Positions 24,173-34,639 of a DNA stretch of 64,000 nt are shown here, in pieces; the stretch's first letter is position 1; every line of letters begins with the position of its first letter. Source of the DNA: an uncultured Desulfosarcina sp. (lineage in GTDB: Bacteria > Desulfobacterota > Desulfobacteria > Desulfobacterales > Desulfosarcinaceae); the NCBI GenBank assembly GCA_963674945.2, contig CAXXWQ010000004.1, forward strand, positions 2,912,001-2,976,000, written 5' to 3'. A model generated the notes under the pieces. The model had not been told where the DNA came from. It did not search any database and saw nothing but the letters and a program-made list of their open reading frames with translations. The position numbers and the translations under genes were made by a program.

Positions 24173-24300
24173 GATTAGCCTGGAGAGAAAAGAATGTTTT
24201 TGGATTCGGGCAAAAGCAAGGGCAATCCTTGCACCATTTCGTTCTTCCTTGGAAGAGATGATCGTAAAACCAAGACAAAGTCAAGAATCTTTCGCAAGAG

Positions 24301-24317
24301 TATCCAACAGTTGGATA
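24301..24317. promoter_or_regulatory. Perfect 8-1-8 palindrome in the divergent mrcA/hisI promoter region
   Basis: TATCCAAC-A-GTTGGATA, just upstream of TTGACT (24326). Confidence 0.4.
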
Positions 24318-24398
24318 AAAAGGGATTGACTCGAACGGTCGATCTGGGTAGATACTTCGGTTTTGCAAAAACGTTTGAAAAGACGGAGTGAAAAACCG

Positions 24399-24776
24399 AT
24401 GATCGAATTGAAATTCGAAAAAATGGGCGGTTTGATTCCGGCAATCGCCCAAGATGAAAAAACAGGCGAGGTTCTCATGCTGGCCTACATGAACCGAGAG
24501 GCATGGGAAGCCACCTTGAAAACCGGTCGGGCCACTTACTACAGTCGAAGCCGCGATACGTTGTGGGTCAAGGGGCTCACCTCCGGGCATGTTCAGAACG
24601 TCAAGGAGATTCGGGTGGATTGTGATGCCGATACCGTGCTGCTCAGCGTCGAGCAGGTGGGGGGCGCCGCCTGTCATACCGGGTACGCCAGCTGTTTCTA
24701 TCAACGGGTAAAAGATGGTGCGCTGATTGTCGACAAAGAGCCGGTTTTTGATCCCAAGGAGGTTTACAAAAAATGA
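24399..24776 (+). CDS. hisI: Phosphoribosyl-AMP cyclohydrolase
   Basis: [36 protein letters not shown]. Confidence 0.96.
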   Translation: MIELKFEKMGGLIPAIAQDEKTGEVLMLAYMNREAWEATLKTGRATYYSRSRDTLWVKGLTSGHVQNVKEIRVDCDADTVLLSVEQVGGAACHTGYASCFYQRVKDGALIVDKEPVFDPKEVYKK

Positions 24777-25648
24777 CCACACCCCTGAAACTGGGTATTC
24801 CAAAAGGCAGCCTGCAAAACGCCACATTTGCCCTCTTCAAGCGATCCGGATGGAATATCACGGTCAATGATCGCAGTTATTTTCCCGAGATCAACGACGA
24901 TACCATCGAATGCGCCATCTGCAGGGCACAGGAGATGTCCCGATATGTGGAGAACGGCACCCTGGACGCCGGTCTTACCGGAAAGGACTGGATTGCCGAA
25001 AACAACAGCCAAGTTCATGTGGTAGAGGATCTGATCTATTCAAAGGTCAGCGCGCGTCCGGCACGATGGGTCCTGGCCGTTCCCTACGATTCATCCATCA
25101 AATCGTTGGAGGATTTAAACGGAAAAAAAATTGCCACCGAACTGGTGGCTTTTACCGAACGTTTTTTCAAAGAGCGTAACATCGATGTGAAAGTGGAATT
25201 TTCCTGGGGTGCAACCGAAGCCAAGGTGGTTTCCGAACTGGCCGACGCCATCGTGGAGGTCACGGAAACCGGCAGCACCATTAAAGCACACGGGCTTCGC
25301 ATCATCCATGAACTGATGCAGACCAACACCCAGTTGATCGCCAACAAAACGGCATGGGAGGATCGGGCCAAACGGACGAAGATCGAACAGATCGCCCTTT
25401 TGCTTAAAGGGGCGCTTCTGGGTGAAAAGATGGTGGGAATCAAGATGAACGTGCCACAGGACAAATTGTCCCAGGTGGTGGATCGATTGCCAAGCCTCCA
25501 TGCACCCACCATCGCCTCCTTGTATCAGTCCGACTGGTTTTCCGTGGAGACCGTCGTGGACACCGGTGTAATCCGGGATCTGATCCCCGAACTGCTGAAA
25601 ATGGGAGCCGAAGGGATCATCGAATACCCGCTGAATAAGGTAATCTGA
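24773..25648 (+). CDS. hisG: ATP phosphoribosyltransferase (long form)
   Basis: [34 protein letters not shown]-terminal regulatory domain. Confidence 0.96.
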   Translation: MTTPLKLGIPKGSLQNATFALFKRSGWNITVNDRSYFPEINDDTIECAICRAQEMSRYVENGTLDAGLTGKDWIAENNSQVHVVEDLIYSKVSARPARWVLAVPYDSSIKSLEDLNGKKIATELVAFTERFFKERNIDVKVEFSWGATEAKVVSELADAIVEVTETGSTIKAHGLRIIHELMQTNTQLIANKTAWEDRAKRTKIEQIALLLKGALLGEKMVGIKMNVPQDKLSQVVDRLPSLHAPTIASLYQSDWFSVETVVDTGVIRDLIPELLKMGAEGIIEYPLNKVI

Positions 25649-25671
25649 CGCAAATTAAAAAGGGGTGGGCC

Positions 25672-26814
25672 ATGGCATCGAAACGTACCGAGAAGATGAC
25701 GTCTTTTATCGTCATGGATGTATTGGAACGGGCCTGTACCATGGAGTGTGAAGGCAAGGATATCGTCCATCTGGAGGTGGGCGAACCGGACTTCGACACG
25801 CCGGCTTGTATCAAGGCAGCCGCCTGCAAGGCCCTTGACGAAGGCTTTACCCATTATACCCACAGCCTGGGAATTGTCGAACTGCGGGAGGCCATTTGTG
25901 AATACTACCACGGCACCTACGGTGTTTCGGTAGATCCGGACCAGGTGGTGGTCACTTCCGGGACATCACCGGCAATCTTCATGACATTTGCCGCCCTTCT
26001 GGAAGCCGGCGACGAGGTGATTCTATCCGACCCCCACTACGCCTGCTATCCCAATTTTATCGAGTTTGTGGGTGGGATTCCGGTGCTGGTGCCGGTCTTC
26101 GAACAAGACGGATTCCAATTTCGTCCCGAAGCCATTCAAAAGAAGATGACCAGCAGGACCCGGGGCATCTTCATCAACTCTCCTTCCAACCCCACGGGCA
26201 ATCTTTTGTCCGAAAAAAGAATGAACGCCATCGCCGACCTGGGCCCATGGGTCGTATCCGACGAGATCTATCACGGTCTGGTCTACGAGGGGAAGGAACA
26301 TTCAATCCTTGAGTTCACCGACCGGGCCTTCGTGTTGAACGGGTTCTCCAAACTCTTTGCCATGACCGGCCTTCGCCTGGGATACCTGATCGCACCCAAA
26401 GAATTCGTTCGTCCCCTTCAAAAGGTACATCAGAATTTCTTCATTTCGGCAAACGCCATGATTCAAAAGGCGGGAATCGCCGCGTTGAAGGAAGCCGGGG
26501 ATGATGTGGCGCGGATGAAGCGGATCTACAACGAGCGGCGGGTTTTTATGATTCGGCGACTCAAGGAGATGGGGCTGGGCATCACCGTTGAACCCACCGG
26601 GGCCTTCTACGTTTTCGCCAATGCCAGCCATCTTTCCAACGACTCCTACGCATTGGCGTTCGAAATCCTGGAAAACGCCTGCGTGGGTGTTACGCCGGGC
26701 ATCGATTTCGGTCGAAACGGCGAGGGATACCTTCGGTTTTCCTACGCCAATTCCATGAAAAATATCGAAGAAGGCCTGAATCGTCTGGAAAATTATCTTT
26801 CCACCCGAAAGTAG
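25672..26814 (+). CDS. Class I/II PLP-dependent aminotransferase
   Basis: GEPDF, NSPSNPTG, SDEIY, GFSKLFAMTGLRLG, YLRFSY. Confidence 0.93.
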   Translation: MASKRTEKMTSFIVMDVLERACTMECEGKDIVHLEVGEPDFDTPACIKAAACKALDEGFTHYTHSLGIVELREAICEYYHGTYGVSVDPDQVVVTSGTSPAIFMTFAALLEAGDEVILSDPHYACYPNFIEFVGGIPVLVPVFEQDGFQFRPEAIQKKMTSRTRGIFINSPSNPTGNLLSEKRMNAIADLGPWVVSDEIYHGLVYEGKEHSILEFTDRAFVLNGFSKLFAMTGLRLGYLIAPKEFVRPLQKVHQNFFISANAMIQKAGIAALKEAGDDVARMKRIYNERRVFMIRRLKEMGLGITVEPTGAFYVFANASHLSNDSYALAFEILENACVGVTPGIDFGRNGEGYLRFSYANSMKNIEEGLNRLENYLSTRK

Positions 26815-26820
26815 CGCGCC

Positions 26821-27423
26821 ATGATCGTCAAATCGGCACAATTTGTCACCAGCGCCGTCAAGCCGTCCCAATATCCCGCAGCGACGCTTCCCGAGGCGGC
26901 TTTCGCCGGCCGTTCCAATGTGGGCAAGTCATCTTTGATCAACACTCTGGTGAATCGAAAGCGATTGGTCAAGACCGGATCCACGCCCGGCCGGACACAG
27001 CTCATCAACTTTTTTACCGTCAACGACAGACTTTTTCTCGTGGATCTTCCCGGGTACGGATACGCCAAGGTGCCCGAATCGGTACGCCGCAAGTGGGGTC
27101 CCATGATCGAGGCCTATCTGAAGGGACGAAAATCCCTTTCGGCCGTCGTACTGATTCTGGACGTCCGACGGACACCCGGTGTCGAAGAAAAAAATTTCAT
27201 TGATTGGCTGGCGTTGTACGGCAGAAAGTCGATCCTGGTTTTGACCAAGGCGGATAAGTTGTCAAAAACCGCACAGAAGAAGCGGCAGACCGCTATCGGG
27301 ACCGAATTGGGTGTCGATCCTTCCTGTTTGATTCTCTTTTCTGCCAAGACACGGTTGGGCAAAGAGCGGGTATGGTCGGCGCTGGAAAGAGCCGTACTGG
27401 ATGAACACCATGAAAAGGACTGA
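26821..27423 (+). CDS. engB: Ribosome biogenesis GTPase EngB/YihA
   Basis: GRSNVGKSS, TPGRTQ, DLPGYGYA, TKADK. Confidence 0.96.
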   Translation: MIVKSAQFVTSAVKPSQYPAATLPEAAFAGRSNVGKSSLINTLVNRKRLVKTGSTPGRTQLINFFTVNDRLFLVDLPGYGYAKVPESVRRKWGPMIEAYLKGRKSLSAVVLILDVRRTPGVEEKNFIDWLALYGRKSILVLTKADKLSKTAQKKRQTAIGTELGVDPSCLILFSAKTRLGKERVWSALERAVLDEHHEKD

Positions 27424-28315
27424 TGGTTCATCCGGTTTTCGATCCGGATTCGTTGCCATTCTCGGTGCACCCAATGCGGGCAAATCGACACTTCTCAATC
27501 GTTTTCTCGGTCAGAAGATCTCCATCGTTTCCAAAAAACCCCAGACCACCCGAAACCGCATCCTGGGCGTCGCCCACGGAGCCGGTTCCCAGATGGTTTT
27601 TTTGGATACGCCGGGCGTTCATCGAACGAAAACCCCCCTTAACACACGAATCGTGGACGCGGCCTTCGCCACCCTTTCCGAGGCCGATCTCGTCTTGCTG
27701 GTGGCCGATGCCCAGCATCCGGATGAATCGTCGGAACGTCTTTTGCTGAAAAATTTAGAAAAGCAACGGTTGCCGGTGATTCTGGCCCTTAACAAGATCG
27801 ATCTGATCAAACGATCAGTGCTGCTTACCCGGATCGCGTCATGGGATGAACGCTTTTCCTTTACGGCGGTGGTTCCCGTCAGTGCAAAAAACGGGGAGCA
27901 GGTGGACAGTTTGCTGTCCGCTATGGAGACGGTCCTTCCCATCGGGCCGCCATTTTTTCCCCCGGAGAGTCTCACGGATTTACCCACGCGGTTCATCGCC
28001 GCCGAAATGATCCGGGAAAAGGCCTTTCGACTCACCGGTCAGGAGGTTCCCTACGCCGTCGCGGTGACCATCGATTCCTTTACAGAAGAAAAGGATGGGT
28101 CCCTGGTACGAATCGATGCCACCATCCACGTGGAACGGGATTCACAAAAGGGAATCGTCATTGGAAAACAGGGAGCGAAACTCAAACAGATCGGTGAGGC
28201 GGCGCGAAAGGAGATCGAAATGCTATTGGACACGAAAGTATTTTTAAAACTGTTCGTCCGTGTGCAGAAAAACTGGACAAAAGATACCAAAGCGCTTCGT
28301 AAATTCGGTTATTAG
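27410..28315 (+). CDS. era: GTPase Era
   Basis: GAPNAGKST, KPQTTR, DTPG, NKID, KH domain IVIGKQGAKLK. Confidence 0.96.
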   Translation: MKRTDGSSGFRSGFVAILGAPNAGKSTLLNRFLGQKISIVSKKPQTTRNRILGVAHGAGSQMVFLDTPGVHRTKTPLNTRIVDAAFATLSEADLVLLVADAQHPDESSERLLLKNLEKQRLPVILALNKIDLIKRSVLLTRIASWDERFSFTAVVPVSAKNGEQVDSLLSAMETVLPIGPPFFPPESLTDLPTRFIAAEMIREKAFRLTGQEVPYAVAVTIDSFTEEKDGSLVRIDATIHVERDSQKGIVIGKQGAKLKQIGEAARKEIEMLLDTKVFLKLFVRVQKNWTKDTKALRKFGY

Positions 28316-28317
28316 AA

Positions 28318-28932
28318 ATGAAAGAAGAAAAAATCACATTCCAATCAGGTGCGCTGGAATTGGAAGGCTTGTACAGCCACAACCCAGGCACCAAGGCCGC
28401 GGTGATCACCCATCCCCACCCCCTTTACGGCGGTGACATGTACAACCCCGTGGTGGAGGCCATTTGCCATGCTTACCAGAAGGCCGGTTTTTCAACTTTA
28501 CGATTCAATTTCCGAGGAACGGGAAGAAGTACCGGTACCCATGACGATGGCATCGGGGAAAAGGCGGATGTGGCCAGTGCAATGGCTTTTTTGGGAAACG
28601 AAGGTTTCGAAACGCTTCATCTGTCCGGATACTCCTTCGGATCATGGGTCAATGCAATGTTCCTTCAAAGGGACGTTTTTTTTACCGCGTTGACCATGGT
28701 GGCACCGCCTGTGGCATTTATCCCTTTCGATGAGGGCATCCGATTGCCCTCTCTTTCAATGGTTATTGCCGGCAGTCACGATGAATTTGCCCCGCCGGAA
28801 CAGATCCGACCATTACTGAACAAGTGGAACCGATCTGCAGGAATGGAGATCATCCATGGTGCCGATCATTTTTTTTTCGGATTTCTCGACGATGTGACCG
28901 AAAGACTGCTTGGACACCTTGGAACACAATGA
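28318..28932 (+). CDS. Alpha/beta hydrolase
   Basis: HPHPLYGG, RFNFRG, GYSFG, ADHFF. Confidence 0.9.
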   Translation: MKEEKITFQSGALELEGLYSHNPGTKAAVITHPHPLYGGDMYNPVVEAICHAYQKAGFSTLRFNFRGTGRSTGTHDDGIGEKADVASAMAFLGNEGFETLHLSGYSFGSWVNAMFLQRDVFFTALTMVAPPVAFIPFDEGIRLPSLSMVIAGSHDEFAPPEQIRPLLNKWNRSAGMEIIHGADHFFFGFLDDVTERLLGHLGTQ

Positions 28933-28938
28933 TCCACA

Positions 28939-31644
28939 TCAACCCTTGGCCAATTCCCTTTTTATCGCCAGGCCAATGTTTCGAATGGTATAGGGTTTTC
29001 TCACGTAGGTGCCGGCCCCCAGCACCTGGGTTTTTTTCACGGCTTCGGTTTCCGAAAAACCGCTGGCGATTATGGCCTTTAGTCCGGGATTCGCTTCGAT
29101 GGCCCGTTTATAGGTCTCATACCCATCCATTCCCGGTGCCATGATCATATCCAGGATCAAAAGGTCTACCTTTCGTTTTTTCAGGTAGCCGATGGCTTCA
29201 AGGCCGCTTGCCACACAATCTGCCGAATATCCCAACTGCGTGAGGATGGAGACGGCGATGGTCCGTTGCTCTTCGACGTCATCTACGACGAGTATGTGCT
29301 CACCGCCTCCCTTTATCGATTCGAAATCAAAATCTTCATTGGTCTCTTTGGTTTTCTTTCTGGTTGCCGGGAAGAAAATGGTGAACTTTGTCCATTGTCC
29401 CACTTCACTTTGAACATCGATATGGCCATTATGGTCTGTTACGGTTCCCCAAACCACCGACATCCCCAATCCGGTTCCACTGCGACCCATGGTTTTTTTC
29501 GTGTAGAAAGGTTCGAAGATCCGCTCCTTTTCATCTGCGCCGATTCCGGATCCCTCATCCAGAATTGTTATTACGACGTAGTCCCCTTCCTTGAGTGTAT
29601 CATGCATTATGGCGTCTTCGTCCATATGGGTGTTCGTCGTAGAAATGGTTATTTTTCCACCTTCGGGCATCGCCTCGGCAGCATTGGAAACCAGATTCAT
29701 GACCATCTTGGATAAATGGACCTGCGAGCCTTCCACATTCAGAAGGTCGGGGTCGAGATCCATCACGATTTGGATGCCCCGATGAAAGAGCAACAGCTTT
29801 TCAAATTCCGGGCTTTTGAAATATTCGGTAATGATTGTGTTGAGATTCAAAACATCGATGGAAGCAACACCCCGTCTGGCCAACGTCAGCATATCTTGTA
29901 CGATGGCGGCGGCCTTTTTTCCCGACTGCATGATCGTCTCCAACGGTTTTCTCAGTTCGCTGTCCGAGGGGATCTTCATAAGCAGCAATTCCGGATAACT
30001 GACGACGCCGGATAGAATATTGTTCAGGTCATGGGCAACACCCCCGGCCAATGTGCCAATGGCCTCCATTTTCTGGGCCTTCACCAGCTTTACTTCCAAT
30101 TGCCGTTTTTCCGATTCGGTCGCCAGACGCAAGGTGATATCTTTTCCCGAGACCACCTTGCCAACCGGAGCATTGTTTTCATCGATCAACGGCGCACAAT
30201 TCATCTCGAAGGTCTTTTTTTCTCCGATGGTCGTTTCCACCATCAAATTGAAGTTGTTTGACTGGCGATCCGACGCCGGCATATCCGTCTTTGACAAAAC
30301 GCCATCGGGAAACGGTCCCAGGTATTCTTCTATGGGTTTTTCGATCACCTCATGATTCTCTTTTTGAAAAAGGAGGCGGGCGGATCGGTTCAAACGTAAT
30401 ATACGATCCTTTTTGTCCAGCAAGAAAATGACATCATCCACCGAATCGAATGTGTTTTCCCAGTCTGTTGCCAGTTTGCTTAAAGAATTCATGGTTTGCT
30501 CGAGTTTTTCATGCATGGTGAGAAATGCGTGCTTGAGCTCGCCAAGCTCTCCACTGTCTGGTATTCCCACCAATTTTTGGCTGATTTTAGATTTCTGGAA
30601 AAACATATCGGCCGTCTCCCCGGCGCTGTGCCCTAAAAAACGACTCGCTTCCTGAAGCTTCATCAGCGGAATTGTAATTCCCCGCATCAAAACGGCGCCC
30701 AAGAGCCCCGCGGAGACGGCGGCCAGCAAGACCGCCGCGACAATTCTTTTTCGTGCACGGATGATGGGCGCATAGGCCTCTTTCTTTGTTTGCTGACATC
30801 CCATGATCCAATTCGTTCCCTTGATGTGCTTCAAGTAGATGAGCATGGGAATTCCCTTGGAATTCACCGTCTCCCCGGTTCCCTCGAACCCTTCGATCGC
30901 CGCATCGAACAATTCATTCACACCGACGGGAACATCCTTTTTAAATATCCTTTCCTCTCTTGGATGGAGAATCATCATCCGGTCCTTGTCATAGACATAG
31001 AGGTAGCCGGACGCACCGATTTTTGTCAGGCGAATACCTTCCAATGCTTTCTGGGACGTCAATTCTACCGAACACCCCAACAGCCCCATGAAATTACCTT
31101 TTTCATCTTGCAGGATGGCGGTGAAGGTTAAGACCGGCTTTCCGGTTCTCTTGGAACGATAGGGGGTACCGACGATTCCTTTTTTCTCAGCCCTGGTCCT
31201 CTGAAAATACTGCCGGTAGTCGAATCTTCTCCCCCTGGTCTCCGGATGGATGGGGTAGTCAGCCCATAACCTGCCCTCGGGATCGAGAAGAAACATACCA
31301 TTTTCAAACTTAGGAAAGATTCTTAAATAATCCGATAGAATGGATTCCATGGCGCGGGTATCTCTATTCTCCAAGACGCTTTTGGGGATCGCCCGCGCCA
31401 CGGCTTCGGCCTCCCTCAAAGAATCAGAAAGAAATCGAGTGATTGCTTGAGAGGATGTCTCGCCGACACTGGCAAGCCCCTTAAAAATGGAATCCCGCAA
31501 ACTGGTTTCAAAAAAGGTAAGATAGAAATAACCGGTAATTCCCAACGCCAGACTGATTAAAAGGCACAGGATGATGGATGCTTTCGTGCGAAGTGTCATG
31601 GGGCGTCCCATCGCTTTCGTTATGTCGTCGGCTTTCGAATCCAC
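28939..31644 (-). CDS. Hybrid sensor histidine kinase (dCache-HAMP-PAS-HisKA-HATPase-REC); start uncertain
   Basis: Two TM segments, GGVAHDLNN H-box, NLVSNA, FEPFYTKK, GTGLG, REC LDMIM. Confidence 0.92.
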   Translation of the reverse strand: MDSKADDITKAMGRPMTLRTKASIILCLLISLALGITGYFYLTFFETSLRDSIFKGLASVGETSSQAITRFLSDSLREAEAVARAIPKSVLENRDTRAMESILSDYLRIFPKFENGMFLLDPEGRLWADYPIHPETRGRRFDYRQYFQRTRAEKKGIVGTPYRSKRTGKPVLTFTAILQDEKGNFMGLLGCSVELTSQKALEGIRLTKIGASGYLYVYDKDRMMILHPREERIFKKDVPVGVNELFDAAIEGFEGTGETVNSKGIPMLIYLKHIKGTNWIMGCQQTKKEAYAPIIRARKRIVAAVLLAAVSAGLLGAVLMRGITIPLMKLQEASRFLGHSAGETADMFFQKSKISQKLVGIPDSGELGELKHAFLTMHEKLEQTMNSLSKLATDWENTFDSVDDVIFLLDKKDRILRLNRSARLLFQKENHEVIEKPIEEYLGPFPDGVLSKTDMPASDRQSNNFNLMVETTIGEKKTFEMNCAPLIDENNAPVGKVVSGKDITLRLATESEKRQLEVKLVKAQKMEAIGTLAGGVAHDLNNILSGVVSYPELLLMKIPSDSELRKPLETIMQSGKKAAAIVQDMLTLARRGVASIDVLNLNTIITEYFKSPEFEKLLLFHRGIQIVMDLDPDLLNVEGSQVHLSKMVMNLVSNAAEAMPEGGKITISTTNTHMDEDAIMHDTLKEGDYVVITILDEGSGIGADEKERIFEPFYTKKTMGRSGTGLGMSVVWGTVTDHNGHIDVQSEVGQWTKFTIFFPATRKKTKETNEDFDFESIKGGGEHILVVDDVEEQRTIAVSILTQLGYSADCVASGLEAIGYLKKRKVDLLILDMIMAPGMDGYETYKRAIEANPGLKAIIASGFSETEAVKKTQVLGAGTYVRKPYTIRNIGLAIKRELAKG

Positions 31645-31658
31645 GCGTCACTTTTTCT

Positions 31659-31685
31659 TAATGTTTTGTTAATCGATACCGATAA
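31659..31685 (+). promoter_or_regulatory. Sigma28 (FliA)-type promoter of the chemosensory operon
   Basis: TAATGTTT-N11-ACCGATAA versus consensus TAAAGTTT-N11-GCCGATAA. Confidence 0.65.
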
Positions 31686-31817
31686 TCAAACAGAAATTGA
31701 CGATCGACGTTTGTGATTTGAAGCAACCTGCGAACTGTCGTTCTTTCCCTCTTGTCCTTTTGTGAAGACGGTCATCATTTCAATAAAACAAGTGGTTTTG
31801 AATTTTTGGTGGCCGAC

Positions 31818-33890
31818 ATGGCTGAAACGCACAAGAGTGTTTCGTCGTCTGTCGGCAATGAGACCAAGAAGGCAGACGCAACAATGCACGGTTGGTTGGA
31901 CCGAATAAACAAAAGATTTTTTTCTTTCACCAGTGCCGCAAGCAGTGCCGCGTTCACGGAAGCGACCCCTTGCGCTGCGAGTGCCGAACAGGACCAATCT
32001 TCCCAAGAATCCGACAAGCAAAACGAACCACCGGTCATTGCCCCTCATGATGTCCATCGGCTATCGACACGGATCGATCATAGCCTGACGGCTCTGCCGC
32101 AGGCCTGCAACCGGACAGAAACCGACTTTCTGAACATCGGCAAACAGTTGCAGGATATCTACGCCGAAGCCGAACGATTGACCCAAATGGCCCAGGAGGC
32201 CGTCGGGTGCGTCGCAACGGATACGGATGAATCCGCCTCTGCCGGCATCATCGACAAAGCCCACGAGACCCTGGGTGACCTGAAAAAAGAACAATCGGTT
32301 ATGGCCGGCCACGCGGAGACCATTGCTTCTTTATGTGCAAATGTCGGCAAGTTAAATGGCCTTACCGTGGGTTTTGGTCGCATCGCCAAGGATCTTAAGA
32401 TGGTTGCGATCAATATTAACATCGAAAGCACGCGAAACGAAGCCTCCCGGGAGAGTTTTTCGATCCTGTCACAGGAAATTCGCGAGTTGTCCAATACGGT
32501 GGCCGACTTGGGACAAACGTTGCGTGACGAGATCCAGGCAATAACGACAAAACTGGAAACCATGGGGCAGAAGGTGGATGCCGACATGCGTCGACTCAAC
32601 CAGCTGCTTGACGATGCAAAGCGTGTCATTGATCGTGCAATCCCCGAATACCGGACGCTAATGACCAGTTCTGTGCAGACCCTGGATTTTGTAAGTACAA
32701 ATAGCGCTAACATTTCCCGAAGCACCAGCCAGATCGTCGTGAATTTACAAATTCATGACAATGTCAGCCAGCGTGTCGAACACGTCGCCGAGGCATTGGC
32801 CGATGCCAAGAACCTGCTTTCCGACGTGATTCCCACGAAACAAATGTCGGACGGTGATGGTGACTGGATTTCCGCCGTGTTTGCCAACCTTACCATTCAA
32901 GGATCTCAATTGGCAACAATTGTGAGAGACATCGACGCCGTCTATCAGGAGAGTGCGCGGTCGTTTGGCGTCCTGGACGATACGGTCCGCGACATCACCT
33001 CAACTATCGTGAAAATTGCCCGGGGGAATGACACGGGTGCATTGGATGGAGAGGAGACATTCGGATCTCTCGACTCTTTTCAAGCCGCTCTCAAAAAAAT
33101 ACAGGACCTCATCGGTGAAAGTGATGAAGCGGTCGACGGCATCAGCGGCATCGAACAGGATGCGACCGCGGCAGCCGCATCCATCGACGACCATATAAAA
33201 TCGGTGAAAAGGGTAAATTTCGACATTCATCTCAAATCCCTCAATGCGATCTTCAAGTCCGTACAGTTGGGAGATCAGGGTCGATCCATCGGCATCCTGG
33301 TGAAAGAGATGAAAACATTGGCAACGCAGTCCAATGAATTGGTGGAAAAAATTGAATCGATCAACAAATCCATTGTCGATCATGTCCATCAGCTGAAATC
33401 AGATGGGGGTACCACGAGATCCCGGGTCCGGCAGGAAACTGCGACGGGTGAAAAACGATTCGACGATCTCGTAACTGATTTTTTCCATCGTCGTGATTCA
33501 TTCAACCGTCTATCCGAAGAGATGGCAACGCTTGGAAAGAGACTCGCCGCATTGATTGGCGCCGCTGGCGACCAGTTGTCGTTCATCGTTCCGTTCACCC
33601 GAGAACTTACATCGCATCAGAAACAATTGGATGAGAGTCGCGAAGCCCTGGCGCAATGGTGCAACCTCGATGAAGCATCGGTCTTGGACGAGGCGCGCCT
33701 TTCCGAACGCTATACAATGGAGCAAGAACGGCTCGTTCACGAATCCGCCCTGGATGGCACCTCCGATGCCGACCGGCAATCCGAGGCGCCGGAGGATGTA
33801 ATCCTTTTTACCGGCGATACGGGCACAGAACAAAAACGAGACGATTCACAACAAGAAGACGACTTCGGTGACAATGTGGAGCTGTTTTGA
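31818..33890 (+). CDS. Soluble divergent MCP-like protein (start uncertain)
   Basis: Two degenerate signalling hairpins (AININIES..EIRELS; SLNAIFKS..EMKTLA), LQIHDNVSQRVEH, C-terminal DNVELF; no TM. Confidence 0.75.
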   Translation: MAETHKSVSSSVGNETKKADATMHGWLDRINKRFFSFTSAASSAAFTEATPCAASAEQDQSSQESDKQNEPPVIAPHDVHRLSTRIDHSLTALPQACNRTETDFLNIGKQLQDIYAEAERLTQMAQEAVGCVATDTDESASAGIIDKAHETLGDLKKEQSVMAGHAETIASLCANVGKLNGLTVGFGRIAKDLKMVAININIESTRNEASRESFSILSQEIRELSNTVADLGQTLRDEIQAITTKLETMGQKVDADMRRLNQLLDDAKRVIDRAIPEYRTLMTSSVQTLDFVSTNSANISRSTSQIVVNLQIHDNVSQRVEHVAEALADAKNLLSDVIPTKQMSDGDGDWISAVFANLTIQGSQLATIVRDIDAVYQESARSFGVLDDTVRDITSTIVKIARGNDTGALDGEETFGSLDSFQAALKKIQDLIGESDEAVDGISGIEQDATAAAASIDDHIKSVKRVNFDIHLKSLNAIFKSVQLGDQGRSIGILVKEMKTLATQSNELVEKIESINKSIVDHVHQLKSDGGTTRSRVRQETATGEKRFDDLVTDFFHRRDSFNRLSEEMATLGKRLAALIGAAGDQLSFIVPFTRELTSHQKQLDESREALAQWCNLDEASVLDEARLSERYTMEQERLVHESALDGTSDADRQSEAPEDVILFTGDTGTEQKRDDSQQEDDFGDNVELF

Positions 33891-33921
33891 TCCGAACGTC
33901 AAATCCGATAGGAATCGAACC

Positions 33922-34266
33922 ATGAAACGTGCGCAGACCTCCGACAATGAAGAGAAGGTTTTGACGCTGAAAGGCGAACTCAGCATTTCCCATGCCGCTC
34001 AGTTGAAGTCCGAACTGATCCAGGCGTTGGACGCCGCACCGCGCATCGTCATCGATGTGAACGCGGTAACCGATGTGGACCTGTCCGCCCTGCAGCTTAT
34101 CTGTGCGGCGCACAAAAGCGCCGTCGCCAAGGGAAAACAGTTGATACTGGCACCGGATCTGCCGGAAACGCTCACCCGACAGATCCAACGGGCCGGATTG
34201 ATGGACGGCCATCATTGCGGCCGTGACAGCAGCGCAGATTGCCTGTGGAAAGGAGTTGATCGATAA
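33922..34266 (+). CDS. STAS domain protein
   Basis: LKGELSI, VTDVDLSALQLICAAHK; upstream of cheY. Confidence 0.88.
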   Translation: MKRAQTSDNEEKVLTLKGELSISHAAQLKSELIQALDAAPRIVIDVNAVTDVDLSALQLICAAHKSAVAKGKQLILAPDLPETLTRQIQRAGLMDGHHCGRDSSADCLWKGVDR

Positions 34267-34632
34267 ATGTCAAAAGTCATCCTCACCGCCGACGATTCCT
34301 CCAGTGTGCGTCAGATGGTCGCCTTTACCCTGAAAGGGGCGGGCTACGACGTGGTCGAGGCCGAGGACGGAAAAGATGCCCTGTCCAAGGCAAAAAGCAG
34401 TGCCGTCAACATGGTGGTCACCGACCTGAACATGCCCAACATGAACGGAATCGACCTGATCAAAGCGCTTCGGGCCGAACCCAAATATAAATTCATCCCC
34501 ATCGTCATGCTGACCACCGAATCACAGGCGACCCGGAAACAGGAAGGGAAGGCCGCCGGTGCCACGGGTTGGATCGTCAAACCGTTTAAACCGGAACAAT
34601 TATTGGCAGTTGTCAAAAAAGTATTGGGGTAG
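34267..34632 (+). CDS. cheY: Chemotaxis response regulator CheY
   Basis: ADD, TDLNMPNMNG, MLTTES, WIVKPF. Confidence 0.92.
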   Translation: MSKVILTADDSSSVRQMVAFTLKGAGYDVVEAEDGKDALSKAKSSAVNMVVTDLNMPNMNGIDLIKALRAEPKYKFIPIVMLTTESQATRKQEGKAAGATGWIVKPFKPEQLLAVVKKVLG

Positions 34633-34639
34633 CCTGAAC

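Noticed and set aside
28122..28138. parS-like TCCACGTGGAAC
   Set aside because: It encodes the conserved IHVER of Era and is only a partial match to the 16-bp parS consensus.
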